From Squalus acanthias (lineage: Eukaryota): a DNA stretch of 64,000 nucleotides. The DNA is taken from contig CM059432.1 of assembly GCA_030390025.1 (NCBI GenBank), positions 114,020,001 through 114,084,000 on the forward strand, written 5' to 3'. Each line of letters begins with the position of its first letter. The first letter of the stretch is position 1. The notes under the pieces were generated by a model. It saw only the letters and a list, made by a program, of their open reading frames with translations, was not told where the DNA came from and searched no databases. Below, piece by piece: positions 13,595 to 26,466 of the stretch. A program made the translations under genes and the position numbers.

Positions 13595-14826
13595 GGATTT
13601 CAAAAAGGAAAGTCTTGCTTGAGCAACCTCATTGAATTTTTTGAAGAGGTAACAGAGGGTAATGTAGTAGATGTAATTTATCTAGATTTTCAAAAGACCT
13701 TCGATAAGGTACCACATAATAGATTAATGAATAAGGTCAGAGAATGCAGATTCAGGGGACAAGTAGCAGAATAGATAGCTAGCTGGCTTCAAGACAGAGA
13801 GCAGAGAGTAGGGTAAAGGGTAGCTATTCAGAGTGGCAGTGGGAAGTGGTGTTCCACAAGGATCAGTGCTAGGACCCCTGTTGTTCACAATTTATATTAA
13901 CGATTTAGACTTTGGAATCAAAAACACAATTTCTAAATTTGCGGATGACACCAAATTTGGGGGGGATAGTCAATACTGAGGAGGACGGCAACAAATTACA
14001 GGACATTAATAAACTTGCAGAATGGGCATCTAATTGGCAAATGAATTTCAACACAGATAAATGTGAGGAAGAATAAGGAGGTCACTTATTACTTGGAGGG
14101 TCCGAGTCTGGGTGGGGTAGAGGAGCAAAGGGATCTTGGAGGACAAATACACAAATTACTAAAAGTATCAACACAGGTTAACAAGGCCATAAAAAAAAGC
14201 AAACCAAGCACTAGACTTTATTCCTAGAGGGATAGAATTGAAAAGTAGGGAAGTTATGCTGAACTTGTATCGAACCTTGGTTAGGCCACACTTGGAGTAC
14301 TGCGTACAGTTCTGGTCACCATATTATAAAAATGATATAGAGGCACTGTAGAGGGTGCAGAGAAGATTTACAAGGATACCAGAAATGTGATGGTATACCT
14401 ATGAGGAAAGGATGAACAGGCTGGGGCTCTTTTCTCTTGAAAAAAGAAGGCTGAGGGGTGACCTAATAAAAGTCTTTAAAGTTATGAAAGGTTTTGATAG
14501 TGTAGACACAGAGAGAATGTTTCCACTTGTGGGGAAGAGCATAACTAGATAGTCACCAAGAAATCCAATAGGGAATTCAGAAGAAACTTCTTTACCCAAA
14601 GAGTGGTGAGAATGTGGAACTCGCTAACACAGGGAGTGGTTGAGGTGAATAGCATTTAATGGGAGGCTAGATAAGCATATGAGGGAGAAGGGAATAGAGG
14701 GTTATGCTGATAGAGTTAGATGAGGAAATACGGGAGGAGGCTCGAGTGGAGCATAAATGCCGGCATGGACTGCTTGGGCCGAATGGCCTGTTTCTGTGCC
14801 GTATATCCTATGTAATTCTATGTAAC
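13595..14826 (+). mobile_element. CR1 (HER1-like) LINE, 5'-truncated, degenerate
   Basis: DNA-level RT motifs (GATTTTCAAAAG, AAATTTGCGGATGACACC), GGGCCGAATGGCCT 3' stem-loop and (TTCTATGTAA)-like tail; same family as 41337-53150. Confidence 0.92.
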
Positions 14827-15445
14827 TCCCTAACAGGTTTCAGGTAAAGTCATTGATAGCAGCAAGCAGTTATTGAAGCCAGTTTAAATTACCCAGCCGC
14901 TGTCAGCCAGTTTATGAAAGGGTTAAACGGACAAACCAATCAATTGAATTTTTATGAACGACTTTCTTTGCAGATCTTTCAAAATAAATGCTGGACAACA
15001 CTTCCCAGATATGAGTAGATGCACGATCCCTACAGGCTACAATCTTCCTCGGAGTTATGTAGGGTACATTACCCATGAGGATTTATTTTGCCTCCACATC
15101 TGTTACAGCAATATCAAAACTACAACGAAATTGGTAAATATAAAATGTCTGGGAGGTTAAATTGGAAAGCTCCCGAAAACAGGCGCAGGGATCGCGGTGC
15201 GCGATTAACCTGCACCTGTGCAGTATAATGCAGGGAGCGCGCCAACTTCGTGCTGCCTGCTCATTACAATGGTTTCTGCATGCAGCCAGCACTACCCATG
15301 TTCACTGGCTGCACACATCAGCAGGAGGCCCCAAATGGTTAGTAACTTGCACTACTTAAAGGGGAGGTGAATTGCGGCTGAAGCAAGTGCTGAGAGTCGT
15401 TCTGTAGCTCAATCTGACCTGGGAAAGAGTGAAGAATGGCTGATC

Positions 15446-17236
15446 ATGGGAGAGCGGGCACCTAGGCTTTCGGACGCTGCACTGGAGATCTTGGTGGAGG
15501 AGGTGATGGAAAGGAGGAGAGATGTCCTGTATCCTCAGAGGGGCAGGAGGCTCTGCAGACACATGATGAGAAGGCAGTGGGAACAGATAACCGCAGAGGT
15601 CAATACCAGGAGTTTAGCCCCAGGACCTTGATGCAGTTCCGCAAGAAGTTTAATGATCTCACACGAGTGGTCAAGATCAGTGAATTTATCTTCAAATTCC
15701 GTATTCCACCATCTGCACCACTAGCCTCAGCCACTGCTCAATCCACCACACCCCATCACTCACCTACCAACAATCTCTATCAGTCAGGACTCATACCTCA
15801 CATTCATATGCTTCACCTCACCCTCACACACTTTGCACTGTTGCAAGCCTCAAACCCACATCTCACAGCTTGCACACACTGCCAGCTATTCAACCATGAC
15901 AGCCACATCACTCAAACACATTGAACCACACTCACTGACATACTTCCCTTTCTCTTGTAGGAGAAGGTAGCGCACAACCAGAGGCAGCAGGAACTAACCG
16001 GAGGGGGAGGCCTGCAGGTGAAATCCCCATGGAGGAGATGGTGCTGGCCATTATGGGAAGGGCCATTGCTGAGGCCGTGGCCACCAGCGGGGCTGAATCC
16101 ATTGCCGGTGACAGTATCCTCATTCCTAATCCTCCTTCTCACATCCCACTTCACCTTCATCCCACAATCTCTTCTGATTTACAAGCTGCAGATGGTGTAA
16201 GCATGCACCTCTTACTTTCTCCTCTCCCATCACCACAACTCTACCCTTGTGCCTTTTTCCTTTCACATACCCAAGAACTGCAACCTGGCCAGGCAGTGGA
16301 GGAAAAGCAAGAAGACACACCATCACTCGATTAACAATCGCAGCCACCAGCTCAGATACTGACACTGTGCGTAATTTAGAGGATAGCACAGAGGTGGGAT
16401 CTGCACGTGGTGAGGCACCGGGCACGAGTGGCCTGCAGCCAGAGCAGGGGGCAAGGAGAGTGCAGGTGCCAGCTCACCGGAGGGTTCTGCTGCAGTGACT
16501 CAGGTGAGGACTTTGATGGGCTAGTCTACATAAAAAGGCTGATGGGTATGCACACCAAAATGATTGGTGCATTGGGAAGCCTGCCAAAAAGCCTGCGTTC
16601 AATGTCAAGGAGCATGGAGGAGTTCAGCACCGACTTGGCACAGGGATTTGCGCAGAGTTTGGAGCCCATCCTTGCCAGCATGAACATGGTGGCCAACTCC
16701 ATTAACACACTTGTGGACCCAACCATGATGCAGTGTCTGATGGCGATGTCTCAGCTTCCACTGCAGTACAAGCAGAAGCCACCCAACATCTGAGTGCTGC
16801 AGTGGAAACTCCGACTGCTGCCATCATGGCTCTGGGTTCCAGTGTTTAAAGGGGCTTCCAGGATGTCACAGCAGTTCAGGGAAGCTGTCCTCCAACAGGT
16901 TACTTGGTTTGCTGATGCTTTGCCCCGGGGGAGTGACAGGATGACAGCATTCGTGCTCCCACTCCTGCCAGTCCGCCAGTGTCCGTGCTGTTGCCGGTCA
17001 GCCAGCCAGCCCAGACTGCTGCCACCCATGCCAAGATGGTGCAGTCTGCAACTGGGCCTTCTAGGTCCAGAGCTGCTCGAGGTTGTAATCCAAGGCCATC
17101 TGCTGTCTCCCCCACTGAAAGTCAGCAGCCTTCCACAAGCCATGCTTCAGCCATTGGGTTAGCACTTCGTAGGAGCACGAGGACAGGCAAAAGCACACGG
17201 AAGAAAGGCACTAAGGAAATGCAGAAGGGTGATTAG
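15446..17236 (+). pseudogene. Harbinger Myb/SANT-like gene (element C), 3 exons, some splice sites mutated
   Basis: MGERAPRLSDAALEILVEEV...QWEQITAEVN, QFRKKFNDL; TTGTAG|GAGAAG at 15960; C-terminus LRRSTRTGK. Confidence 0.82.
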
Positions 17237-17404
17237 TTTAACTTTGTATGCAATATGGCATGATTTAATTTAGAAATTTGGATTGGAATGTGTATTTGTA
17301 TTGCCTTTTATTTTTGCATTGTGGACAAGAGAACGATGTGATGGTCAGTGACAGGGAAGGTAAGGAGTGTGGGACTGTTGGTGAATGGTGAATTGGAGTT
17401 GTGG

Positions 17405-18488
17405 TTAATGGAATTGCACTTGAATTAGTTCTTCACGTATAACCTGGGCCGAAATGAGTTGTTTAGGTTGCAGCCTCCCTTCCTCTTCCTCCTCTTTCAC
17501 TTCCTCCTCCTCCTCTTTCACCTCCTCCTCCTCCTCTGCCTCCTCCTCCTCCTCCTCCTGCTCCTCAGCTTCTCGCTTGACAGGTGGTGGCAAGGGCTGT
17601 TCCCTCATGATGGCAAAGTTGTGCAGCATACCATGACAAATCTTGAGACCCACTCAGGCGAGTACTGCAGGGCTCCTCCAGAGCAGTCCAGGCAGCGGAA
17701 TTGTTGCTTCAGGACGCTAATTGTCTGCTTTATCAGATGTCTTGTGGCAGCATGGCTCTCATTGTATGCATGCTGCACACGTGTATGTGGGTTGAGAACT
17801 GGAGTCATGAGCCATGTCAACAGCAGCTAGCCCTTGTTGCCCAGTAGCCACCCTTTGATTTGCCGTGGTGGCTGAAATACAGCTGGCACAGAGAACTGCC
17901 GCAGGATGAATGCATCATGATTGCTGCCAGGATACCGGGCATTCACCTGCATGATGGGCTGCCGATGCTCACACTGGATGTTGAGCAAATGGAATCTCTA
18001 TCGGTTCAGGTACGTGGGAGAGTTGACATGAGGTGCACACAAGGCAATGTGAGTGCAGTCTGTGGCACCTTATACCATGTGGAAGCCTGCAATCCTTGCA
18101 AAGCCTCGTGCTCGCTCCACCTGCTTCTCTCTAGCAAGAGATAATGAAATCAAGTTATGCAGCAGTGCACTGCAAACTGCGAGATGTTGCTAATATCTCC
18201 AGCAGCAGCCTGAAAGGAGCCAGGCGCATAAAAGTTCATCGCCACGGTCAGCTTGACAGCCACAGGCAATGCGGTCCTTGGTGAACAGACGTCTCAAACA
18301 TTGGACGTCGCAGAGGTTCAGGTAGGAGAATTGCTCCCTGAACACCCTGGACAGATATGGCCTCCTGCTGAAAGCCCTTCACCCTTCCTCCTCCTCCCTC
18401 TTCTAGCAGCTTGTCCTGCTCTGCGTGGCCTCTGCACATTCTCCCAGTTATGTTCTATTCCAAGAGGAATGCCTACTAGTGCACCCAT
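17405..18488 (-). pseudogene. Harbinger DDE transposase (element C)
   Basis: [39 protein letters not shown], poly-Glu tail; frameshifts and an internal deletion near 18280. Confidence 0.9.
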
Positions 18489-19033
18489 GTCTGGGAGCAA
18501 CTGGTTTGTGCAGAAGCCTGAAGCCAGCAAAAAGTTTATTCAGCACCTGCCAGACCACACCCTGTAGACTTTTGAAACCTGAAACAACGATGGAAAGCAC
18601 CAAAAATTGTAGCAACAGGCAGAAGAAATCAACCAGCAACTAACCTGTAAGTAGTTGATGATCCCTTTAAACGGCACTGGTGGGGGGTCCTTCATGCTGC
18701 TTAACGTCATGTTCAGCTGTGTGAGATTAAAAGAGGGCATTGGCTGGAGCGTGGAGCTCCAAAATGGCAGCGCTAGCGTCAAATCAGCGTTGCATGCTAA
18801 TTAACGTAATGATCTGCCTGCTCTGCATTCTTCCGCCAGACGTTAGGTGTGCACGCGCTAACCCCATTACAAATATGGCGTCCAGCGCACTTTGCATCAG
18901 AAGTGTGCGCGCAAGCTGCGGATGCCATTTTGGAACCCTAAGGCGCCTCATAGCATCCAAAAAACGGGCGCTACCGAGCCCAATTTCACTTTATAACCAT
19001 AAAATCCTTTGAAATACCAACTCGTATTTGAGA

Positions 19034-19286
19034 TAGAGTTGCCACCCCTCCAGGATTGTTCTGAAGTATCCAGGAATTAAATATTAATTTTCTGCAACCT
19101 AGGAGAAAAATTATAGAGGATTTGAAAAAAAATGGGTTTGTTAATTATCTTTGAACACTTTAGTTTATTAATTATAAAAATATTGGAGATGAGAAAAAAG
19201 GCAGTTTGACTGAGTAGGATAGTTGGAGGCAGGAAATGATGTGATGAAACCTCTAGGAATACAGCCAACCAGAGTTGGGAACTCTA
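19034..19286. mobile_element. hAT-like MITE
   Basis: TIRs TAGAGTTGCCA and TGGGAACTCTA (10/11 match); 8-bp flanks ATTTGAGA and ATTGAAGA consistent with a decayed TSD. Confidence 0.7.
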
Positions 19287-20003
19287 ATTGAAGAAGACAA
19301 TCTGTGAGACAGAGATATTTTACATGAACAATGAACTGTAAGAAAACAATGGTGTGCCAGCAGCCACCTTTGAAGTCTGACAAGCTCTATCTGTGGAACA
19401 TAGGAAGTGCTCGAGGAAAAACGGCCAAGGTCCGTCTAATTCGCTGTCTACCATCCTGGTAGTCACATGATACAACAATAATGGAGTTGTTGACGAATCA
19501 CAGCAATCAACCTCTATCAATGAGTCTACAACAGACCCAGACATGAGGCGAGGAAAACCCCAGTGGTGGAGAGCTTTGGGAACCGTAGGTCCTAACTCAC
19601 CTGTTCCTCCCAAGCATGCTACACTTACCAGTTACCACATATTGTGTCTCAAAGATCGTTTACATCCATCTGAGAGGGCAGTCAGGGACTCAGTTTAACA
19701 TTGCATCCATTCCATTGTTATTGCTACCCTGCTTAATAGCTCAGTGATACAAGTTAATTGTTTCTAGCACTTGGGTGCACTCGATAATTGTTTTTCCAGA
19801 GTCATGCATCTGTTAGTAATCAACAGTATTGGCTTAACTGGTTTCTTTCTGATATACTTCAAACAGAACTGCGAGTATATCAGCCAATTTTTCAGCATAA
19901 TATTGCAGAAGCCATTTTGAGTTGGATAATTAAAAGAACCTGTTTTTAAGCAAAGCAGCACAATACAGTGCGGAACTACCCAAGCGATGGACAAAAACAT
20001 TCC

Positions 20004-20195
20004 AGCCCTAAAATTCCCAGTGCTTCTCCTGGTCAGTCAGCATAACTTTGGTGGGAGATCAGTCAGTCCCCTGGCGAAACAACATAAATGATGCTTATGC
20101 TATTTCTTTGGGAGTTCCACTGATCTCTGGCGGGAGATCAGAGGCTCCATGGAATCTCCAGGCCTCAATAAAAAAAAGCAGCCAGAGGAAAATAT
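20004..20195. mobile_element. Short Harbinger-type MITE whose right TIR is split by element D (remainder at 28223-28227)
   Basis: Left AGCCCTAAAATTCC, internal imperfect palindrome, right GGAAAA-TAT then GTCCC after element D. Confidence 0.55.
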
Positions 20196-20655
20196 GGCCT
20201 AGAAATTCCATCACGCTGCACTCGTTGAAAGGTGTTACAGCATCAGATAAGGCCGGCGGTGCACGGGCACCTGGTCACGCCATCTTGGATCGGCTGCTCC
20301 ATCGGCACCCAGGGTGCACTGCTACTATTACAAAGCCTCATTATAATATAAAAATAAGGGCCCTATGCTTGTTGGAGGACCTTTTTGGGAAATTAGCCTG
20401 TCCCAGTGCCTGACTCACCAAGTGATGAACTTGCCCAGCAAATCATGGCGCTAACCATCAGTAAGGACCCTGTGGGAGTGCTATTTAAAGGGCTCATTCA
20501 GTCCATACAGGTTAGTTGCTGGATTATCGTCTTAGGCTGCTGATTAACATCTGGGCCTTTATTTTTGGCTATTTTCTCTGCTCCACATGTGATTCCGACT
20601 CCTAGGAACAACTTTGTGCTGTCTTCCTCTGCTCTGGAACGAGTTTATTCCACTC

Positions 20656-21841
20656 ATGGGTGGTCTGGTAGATCTGTCCTTGGGCCTGGAGGAGGCGGGG
20701 GAGCATCGAAGAAGACAGGAGAAAGCAGGAGCAGCTGGGAGAAGAGGGAGGAGGAGGGCACTCTGCAGAAGGCCATACGCACAGCGGATCTTCAGAGAGC
20801 TCTTCTCATACCTCAGCTTCACCGAGCAGCAATGTGTGACGTGCCTGCGCTTCACCAAGGAGACTGTCACTGAGCTGTGTCACCTGCTGCAGCCTCAAGC
20901 TGAGCTCCAAACGAGGGCATGGACAGCACTGCCTGTGGTTGTCAAGGTGACTGTGGCCCTTAACTTTAACAACATGGGATGAAGGCCCTACAGCAGGTGA
21001 CATCAGCGACATATCACAGTTTGCTGTGCACTGCTGTATCAGGGAGGTCACCGAGGCTCTCTACACCAGGATGAAGACCTACATCTCCTTCCCCATGGAC
21101 AGGGCAAAGCAGGACAAAAGAGCACTAGGGTTCGCCTGCATTGCAGGCTTCCCTATGGTCCAAGGTGCCATGGACTACACCCACATTGCCCTGCACGCTC
21201 TCCATCACCGGCCTGACATCTGTCTCAATAGAAAGGGATACCAATCCCTGAATGTAGCAGCCTGTTTGCAACCATAGGCAGAGCATCATGCAGATCTGTG
21301 CCCAGTTTCCATGCAGCTGGCATGATTCGTTCATGCTGCACCAGTCCTATTTGCCACCTGTATTCCAACCGGGCCATCAGGTTACTGGCAGGCTACTTTC
21401 AGCAAATGATATCTCCTCCAGACATGGCTTTTACTCCCGTCAGGAACCCGGGCACAGCCGCAGAGCATGCCTTAAAACGAGAGCCATGCCGCCACCAGAA
21501 ATCTCGTTGAGCAGACCATTGGTGTGCTCAAGCACTGCTTCCACTGCCTGGACCATTCGGGAGGAGCTCTGCAGTACAGCCTTGACCGTGTTTTCAGATT
21601 TGTATTTATGTGCTGCATGATGCATAATGTCGCTATATTGAGGGATCCGCCCTTACCACCACCTGGGTAGCAAGAAAGGGAGAAGGAGGAAGAGGAGTAA
21701 GAGGAGGAGGAAAAGGAGGAGGAAAAGGAGGAGGAGTAAGAGCAACATGACAAGGAGGAAGAGCATGAAAAACATTGACCACCAGAGCTCCTAGCTGCCA
21801 GAGCTTTCAAAGAGCAGCTTATCCAAGAACGCTACACCTGA
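20656..21841 (+). pseudogene. Harbinger DDE transposase (element D)
   Basis: RRPYAQRIFRE, KVTVALNF, VQGAMDYTHIAL, RKGYQSLNV, SWHDSF, poly-Glu tail, KEQLIQERYT*; frameshifts and stops. Confidence 0.92.
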
Positions 21842-22029
21842 ACCATCCCCAATACACCAACAGTGCTGCAATCCTTATCACCACCATCCTCATTACCGCC
21901 ATCCGATTGCCTTCCTTCAGTTCGGCCTTATGGATCTTGTCTTCACTAGGCTACAAATATTAACAACTCCAAATCCAGAAAACAAACTTTACTCCAACAA
22001 ATCAATTCATATTTGTATAATATTTAACA

Positions 22030-23815
22030 GGAATAATTATAAGTCACCTTTGTGCAGCCCCCTAATTCCTGTGTTCTATGCTCCTTTACCTATCCTACTG
22101 CTCCTACGAGCCCCAGTGACTATAGCTTAAAAGGTAGAAGCTGCTGAGCTTCCATTGAGGGCATTTCAGATGTCCGTGGTGGATAACCTCAAGCAGAACT
22201 GGGCCTTGAGGCCCCAGCTACAGATTGCAGCATCTCGGCATGGGCTGGAGCTGTCTGACCCAGCTGGCTATGTGGCACTATCAAGGGCACTGGCACAGTT
22301 GGTGGCAGGGGATCAGGAATGTTGTCATCCTGAAAGTGGACAGTGCCTCTTCTATGGAGCCCGAACAACTTTACTGGGACTGAGCCTCAGCACTCCCACG
22401 GCTCTGTGCAAGAAAAGATTGGGTGTGACGTGACACTTTAGAAACCCCTGTCAACATTAGCCCCCAGAGCCAAGGTGGCAGCCATCTGAGCTTCCATGGC
22501 AGCAGTGTGAACTGGCATAGAAGCTGTCAGCTGTCATCAGAGGTTCCATCATGGCCATGTTCATGGAGCTGACCACTCGCTTCCAGTTGGACAGAATGGT
22601 AACCATGCTCTGCGCAAAACCCTGACACAAGTTGGAGCTGGACTACTCCATACTCTCAGTCATTGTGCCCTAGCAGTGGCAGGCTGCCCAGTCCACCTAG
22701 CATTTCCTGTTGGATGGCCATCAGCCTTCTTCACTAGTCTGGGCCTCTGCAGCAGAGCTACTGTCTGACCTCACGAGCTGGCACCTGTGGTGTCCTATCC
22801 CCCTGACCTAGCTCCTACGCACTTGTGCCTGGTGAGTCACCACATGTAGACACCGCCTCTAGCCTAGCCTGTAAAGTACACTTGGTGCCAGTCTCTGAGC
22901 TGGTGCTTGCGAGGGTCAGTGACACTGCATCTCCTGTTCATGCACTGACACAGGGGCTTCCACATTTTCAGCACCTGAAATGAAGGAGAGGGACCTGGGT
23001 TAGCTTTTATTGTTGAGGGAGAGCAGAGAGAGCTCAGTGGCTGCTGAAAGCTGCTACAGTTTGTCATGCCGGGTGTGTGGGGTAAGAAGGGAAGAAGAGG
23101 ATAAGGTGTGAAGAAACCCTGCGTGACATCTCCTCCAGTGTTGAAACTCACCATGGCCAGGACCCGCCCCCCAGCCCATGATGTCCAGTAAGTCTCCCTC
23201 CAGTGGGAAAAGGGTCTGCAGGCGAGATCTGCCTCCTCTGTTCACAGGCCTTCTGCCTCATGTGTGCAACCTTCTTCTGCAAGGAAGAAGGGAGTGTGCT
23301 CGTGACAGCCTTGTGAGCTGTTTTGAGAACATGGCTGTGTGGATGTCATGGTAGAATAGTGCAGATGTTGTGCACAAGATGTGAGGTGTGGAGAAGTGAG
23401 GGTTGCAGTAGTGCTGAGAGTAGCAGGTGCAGAGTGTGTGAGTAGGAGGAGAAGGAGGTGGAGTGAAGTGTGGTGCAGTGATTGTCGGAGAGTGCAGGGA
23501 AGGGGTGTTTAGTTATTAATGAGGGTGCAGTTATGAGGAGAGAGTAATTGAGGTGAGAAGTAGGATTCTTACCTTGACAAGTCCACGGAGGTCATCAAAC
23601 TTTCTTTAGTATTGAAGCCATGTCCTTGAAGATAAGCTTCTGGCATTGACCTCCTGAGCGACCTCTTCCCACTGGCGGAGGAGGTGTTGCCTGGAGGGTT
23701 TTCACCCCCAGGCGGGAAAAGGATCTTCCTCCTTCTGTTCACCGCCTGGACCAGGGCCTCCAACGCTGCATCATAGAATCTGGATGCCCAGTCTGGACCT
23801 TTTGCAGCTGGACAT
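22030..23815 (-). pseudogene. Harbinger Myb/SANT-like gene (element D), exons ~23815-23573, 23276-23152, 22974-~22030
   Basis: ASRFYDAALEALVQAVNRRRKILFP; GT-AG junctions at homologous positions; exon 3 heavily decayed and its end is approximate. Confidence 0.72.
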
Positions 23816-24294
23816 TTTACACCTTCCCTGCTGTCTGCAGTCACCTCCTCTTTAAGAGATGTTGGCTGCCTTTAAATGGGGTCAGATACACCTGATGTCC
23901 CACCCGTCCCCACTGCCCCGCCCCCCCACCCCCACCCCCCAACAGGCACGCAGCTGATCAGCAGGCTGTGCAGCCTAACTCATGATATTGAACTGCCAGC
24001 ACCAATTTCATTTGGTCCCTGTGCCCTCGTGAACAGGCACCCCAATCGGGCCCAAACAAACTCCTACAGCTGGATTTTGTCATTGGGGTCGGGATAATTT
24101 GGCGATTTTGCCCTAATTGGGCACTTGATTCCCAGCGTGTGGGAACCCCTGGCCCAATGAGTCTTTTGGTCCTGAAACTCGCCTCTGATGATGTCATTTA
24201 TGCAGCTGCATTTAAGGCCTGCAAGCAGCCTTGGTTCATTTTCTGCCTTACAACTTTTTTTGGAGACACTTCTGAGGGATTGGTGGTGCCCCAG

Positions 24295-26197
24295 ATGTCA
24301 AGGTCAAGGCCCAAGGCCGCACCCCGCTTTGATGAGGACTCCCTCCAAGCTCTGGTGGAGGGAGCAAGAGCTCAGAAGGAGTGTTGTTTCCTTCCTCTGG
24401 GAGGAAGAAAGCTCCCCAGCAGACCAAAACTGTGTGGCTGCAAGTGGCACAGGAGGTCAGTGCCATATCAATATGCAGCAGAACCTGGCTGCAGTGTAAA
24501 AAGAGGTTTAATGACCTTCTCTGCACAGGAAAAGTGAGTATGACATCACCATGACCCTCAATCTGCTCCCCATCGCCTCTCATCACCAGCACTCTTCATT
24601 GTCAACCTCCTCCTCCACATCCACTTGACCCTTACATCCCTGCTCCCTTAACCATTCTCTCTCTCTGTATGTACACATTCACTTAACTATTAGACTATGC
24701 AGCCCTCACACTCCCTATCACTGTGATGCTATGACAACAACTTACAACACACAGGGAGGGCCCTTGGTCTTGGGACATCACTCCATCTTTGTGTCCTTCT
24801 AAGCATCTATGCTATGGATTCTCTACACTCACTCCTTCATTCTCACTCAAACTCCACTTGTGTCCCTCATTGCAGGAAAAGAGAGCCCACAATAAGAGGG
24901 AGAGGGCCAGGACAAGAGGAGGGCCATCCGCAATAGCCCAGCTCACCAGCGCAGAGGAGTCGGCCCTAGAGATCGTGGGAGCCGAGGAGGATGCGCAAGT
25001 CGGGGACGGACAGACGGGCGCATCAGAGCAAGCTGGTGACAGAATAGTTTTTCATCTCTCTCATTGACATTGCATGAGTGACTGATATTGATTCTGATGC
25101 TCTAACAGATTGATTTATGAGCATCTGCACAATTCCATGTCTAACTTTTTCCTTTACTCCCCCACAGGACCATCGACAGCCCCCCTCCCCACTGTCCGGG
25201 AGGAACAGCCTGAGCCACAAGACTCCTCAGAGGAAGCTGCAACCTCTGAGGGCGCAGCATCACCAGAATTAAGCACACCCAGCACCAGCGCAGACACTCA
25301 CACCTCGGTGGGACCTTCGGGACATAGAGTAGTGTTGTCACCTGGTGTATCACAGCTCACAAGTGAGCATCAGCAGTGGAGAGTCCTTGTTGGAGGGCGC
25401 AGGGCGCTCCCAGCTCGGCTCAGCTGCATGTCGACCCTGTGCCTCCGGGTCCATCCAGAAGGAGAGCGGTGCTGGAACTCCAGGAACAGGTGCAGGAGTC
25501 TCTGGTAGGTTTTGTCTCCAGGGTCACTGCGAGTGTGGAGCGGATGGAGGAGTCCAACACTAACATGAGCAGAGCCTTTGTGGAGGCATTGGCGCATGAA
25601 CGCATCACCACGGAAAGGATGGCAACCTCCGTGGAAAGGATGGCTACGGTAGAGGAGAGGATGGCTACGGCCATGGAGGAGCAAAGTCGCCAGAGTGTTG
25701 AAAACATGGTCATTGTTCAGAATAGACTGAAATCTCTGGAGGAGCGATGAGCGATTGAGCAGAGAAACCAGAGCTTCATTGAAGTCCTCTGGAGTAGGAC
25801 TGCCAGTGCAGGAACAGGTCCTCATGGCCCCCCTGAAGTGCAGCAAGGTGCTGTCAAGCCACTTGCTAGCTCTGAAGTGGGGCTGACCCATGAGAGGGAT
25901 GTTGGTGGCAGACAACAAGGAAGTGGGGGCTCCTCTCCAAGCGCTCACACTTCCATGCCACTGCGGAGCCCTCGGTCAGAGCCCCACCAGAGTCCTCACC
26001 CAACTGAGATGGGCGTCTCATCCCCTGCACAGCCGCAGGAGCAGCAGACTGTTGGCGAGCCCTCACAGGCTCACAAGCCCAGAGGACGCCCGCCAAAGGT
26101 GTCGAGGCAGGAGCAGCATGAAAGTGAGCAAGGGGCCTCCACATCTGCTGAAGCCACAGGGGAAGCACCACGTAGAGCACGCGTAAGAGGAAGATAA
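24295..26197 (+). pseudogene. Harbinger Myb/SANT-like gene (element E), exons 24295-24533, 24876-25035, 25168-26197
   Basis: MSRSRPKAAPRFDEDSLQALVEG; EKRAHNKRERARTRGGP; canonical GT-AG sites; frameshifts. Confidence 0.85.
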
Positions 26198-26466
26198 AGC
26201 ACAAGTAGTCACAAGGGTAGTCACTTGGGTGTTCTGTTGTGTTTAATTGTGAAATGCCATCCGTGAATTAATGTTATAAAATAACTTGATGGCAAACTGT
26301 TGAAGTTGTGGGCTGTGTCATTTCGCAAATGGGACTTCCACATTGAGGGCTCAGGGCGACTTAGAATTGTCAGTATGGTGGTCAGAGTGATAGGAAGCCA
26401 CAGGTTCTTGTCCATTGTCGATGGTGTGGTAAGAAGGTGCGAGCCAAATGTGTTTGATTGGGCAGC

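Larger units (their letters stand above)
15153..18992. mobile_element. PIF/Harbinger element C (Myb on +, transposase on -)
   Basis: Degenerate TIRs GAGGTTAAATTGG and CCAATTTCACTTT; convergent gene pair separated by an AT-rich 3' region at 17237-17404. Confidence 0.88.

Noticed and set aside
14984..15064. Possible plus-strand exon after TTTCTTTGCAG
   Set aside because: Weak donor, unrecognisable peptide and no supporting neighbouring exons.
19835..20000. Protein-like minus-strand stretch (WLLQYYAEKLADILAVLFEVYQKE)
   Set aside because: In-frame stop just upstream, no convincing splice sites and no recognisable family.
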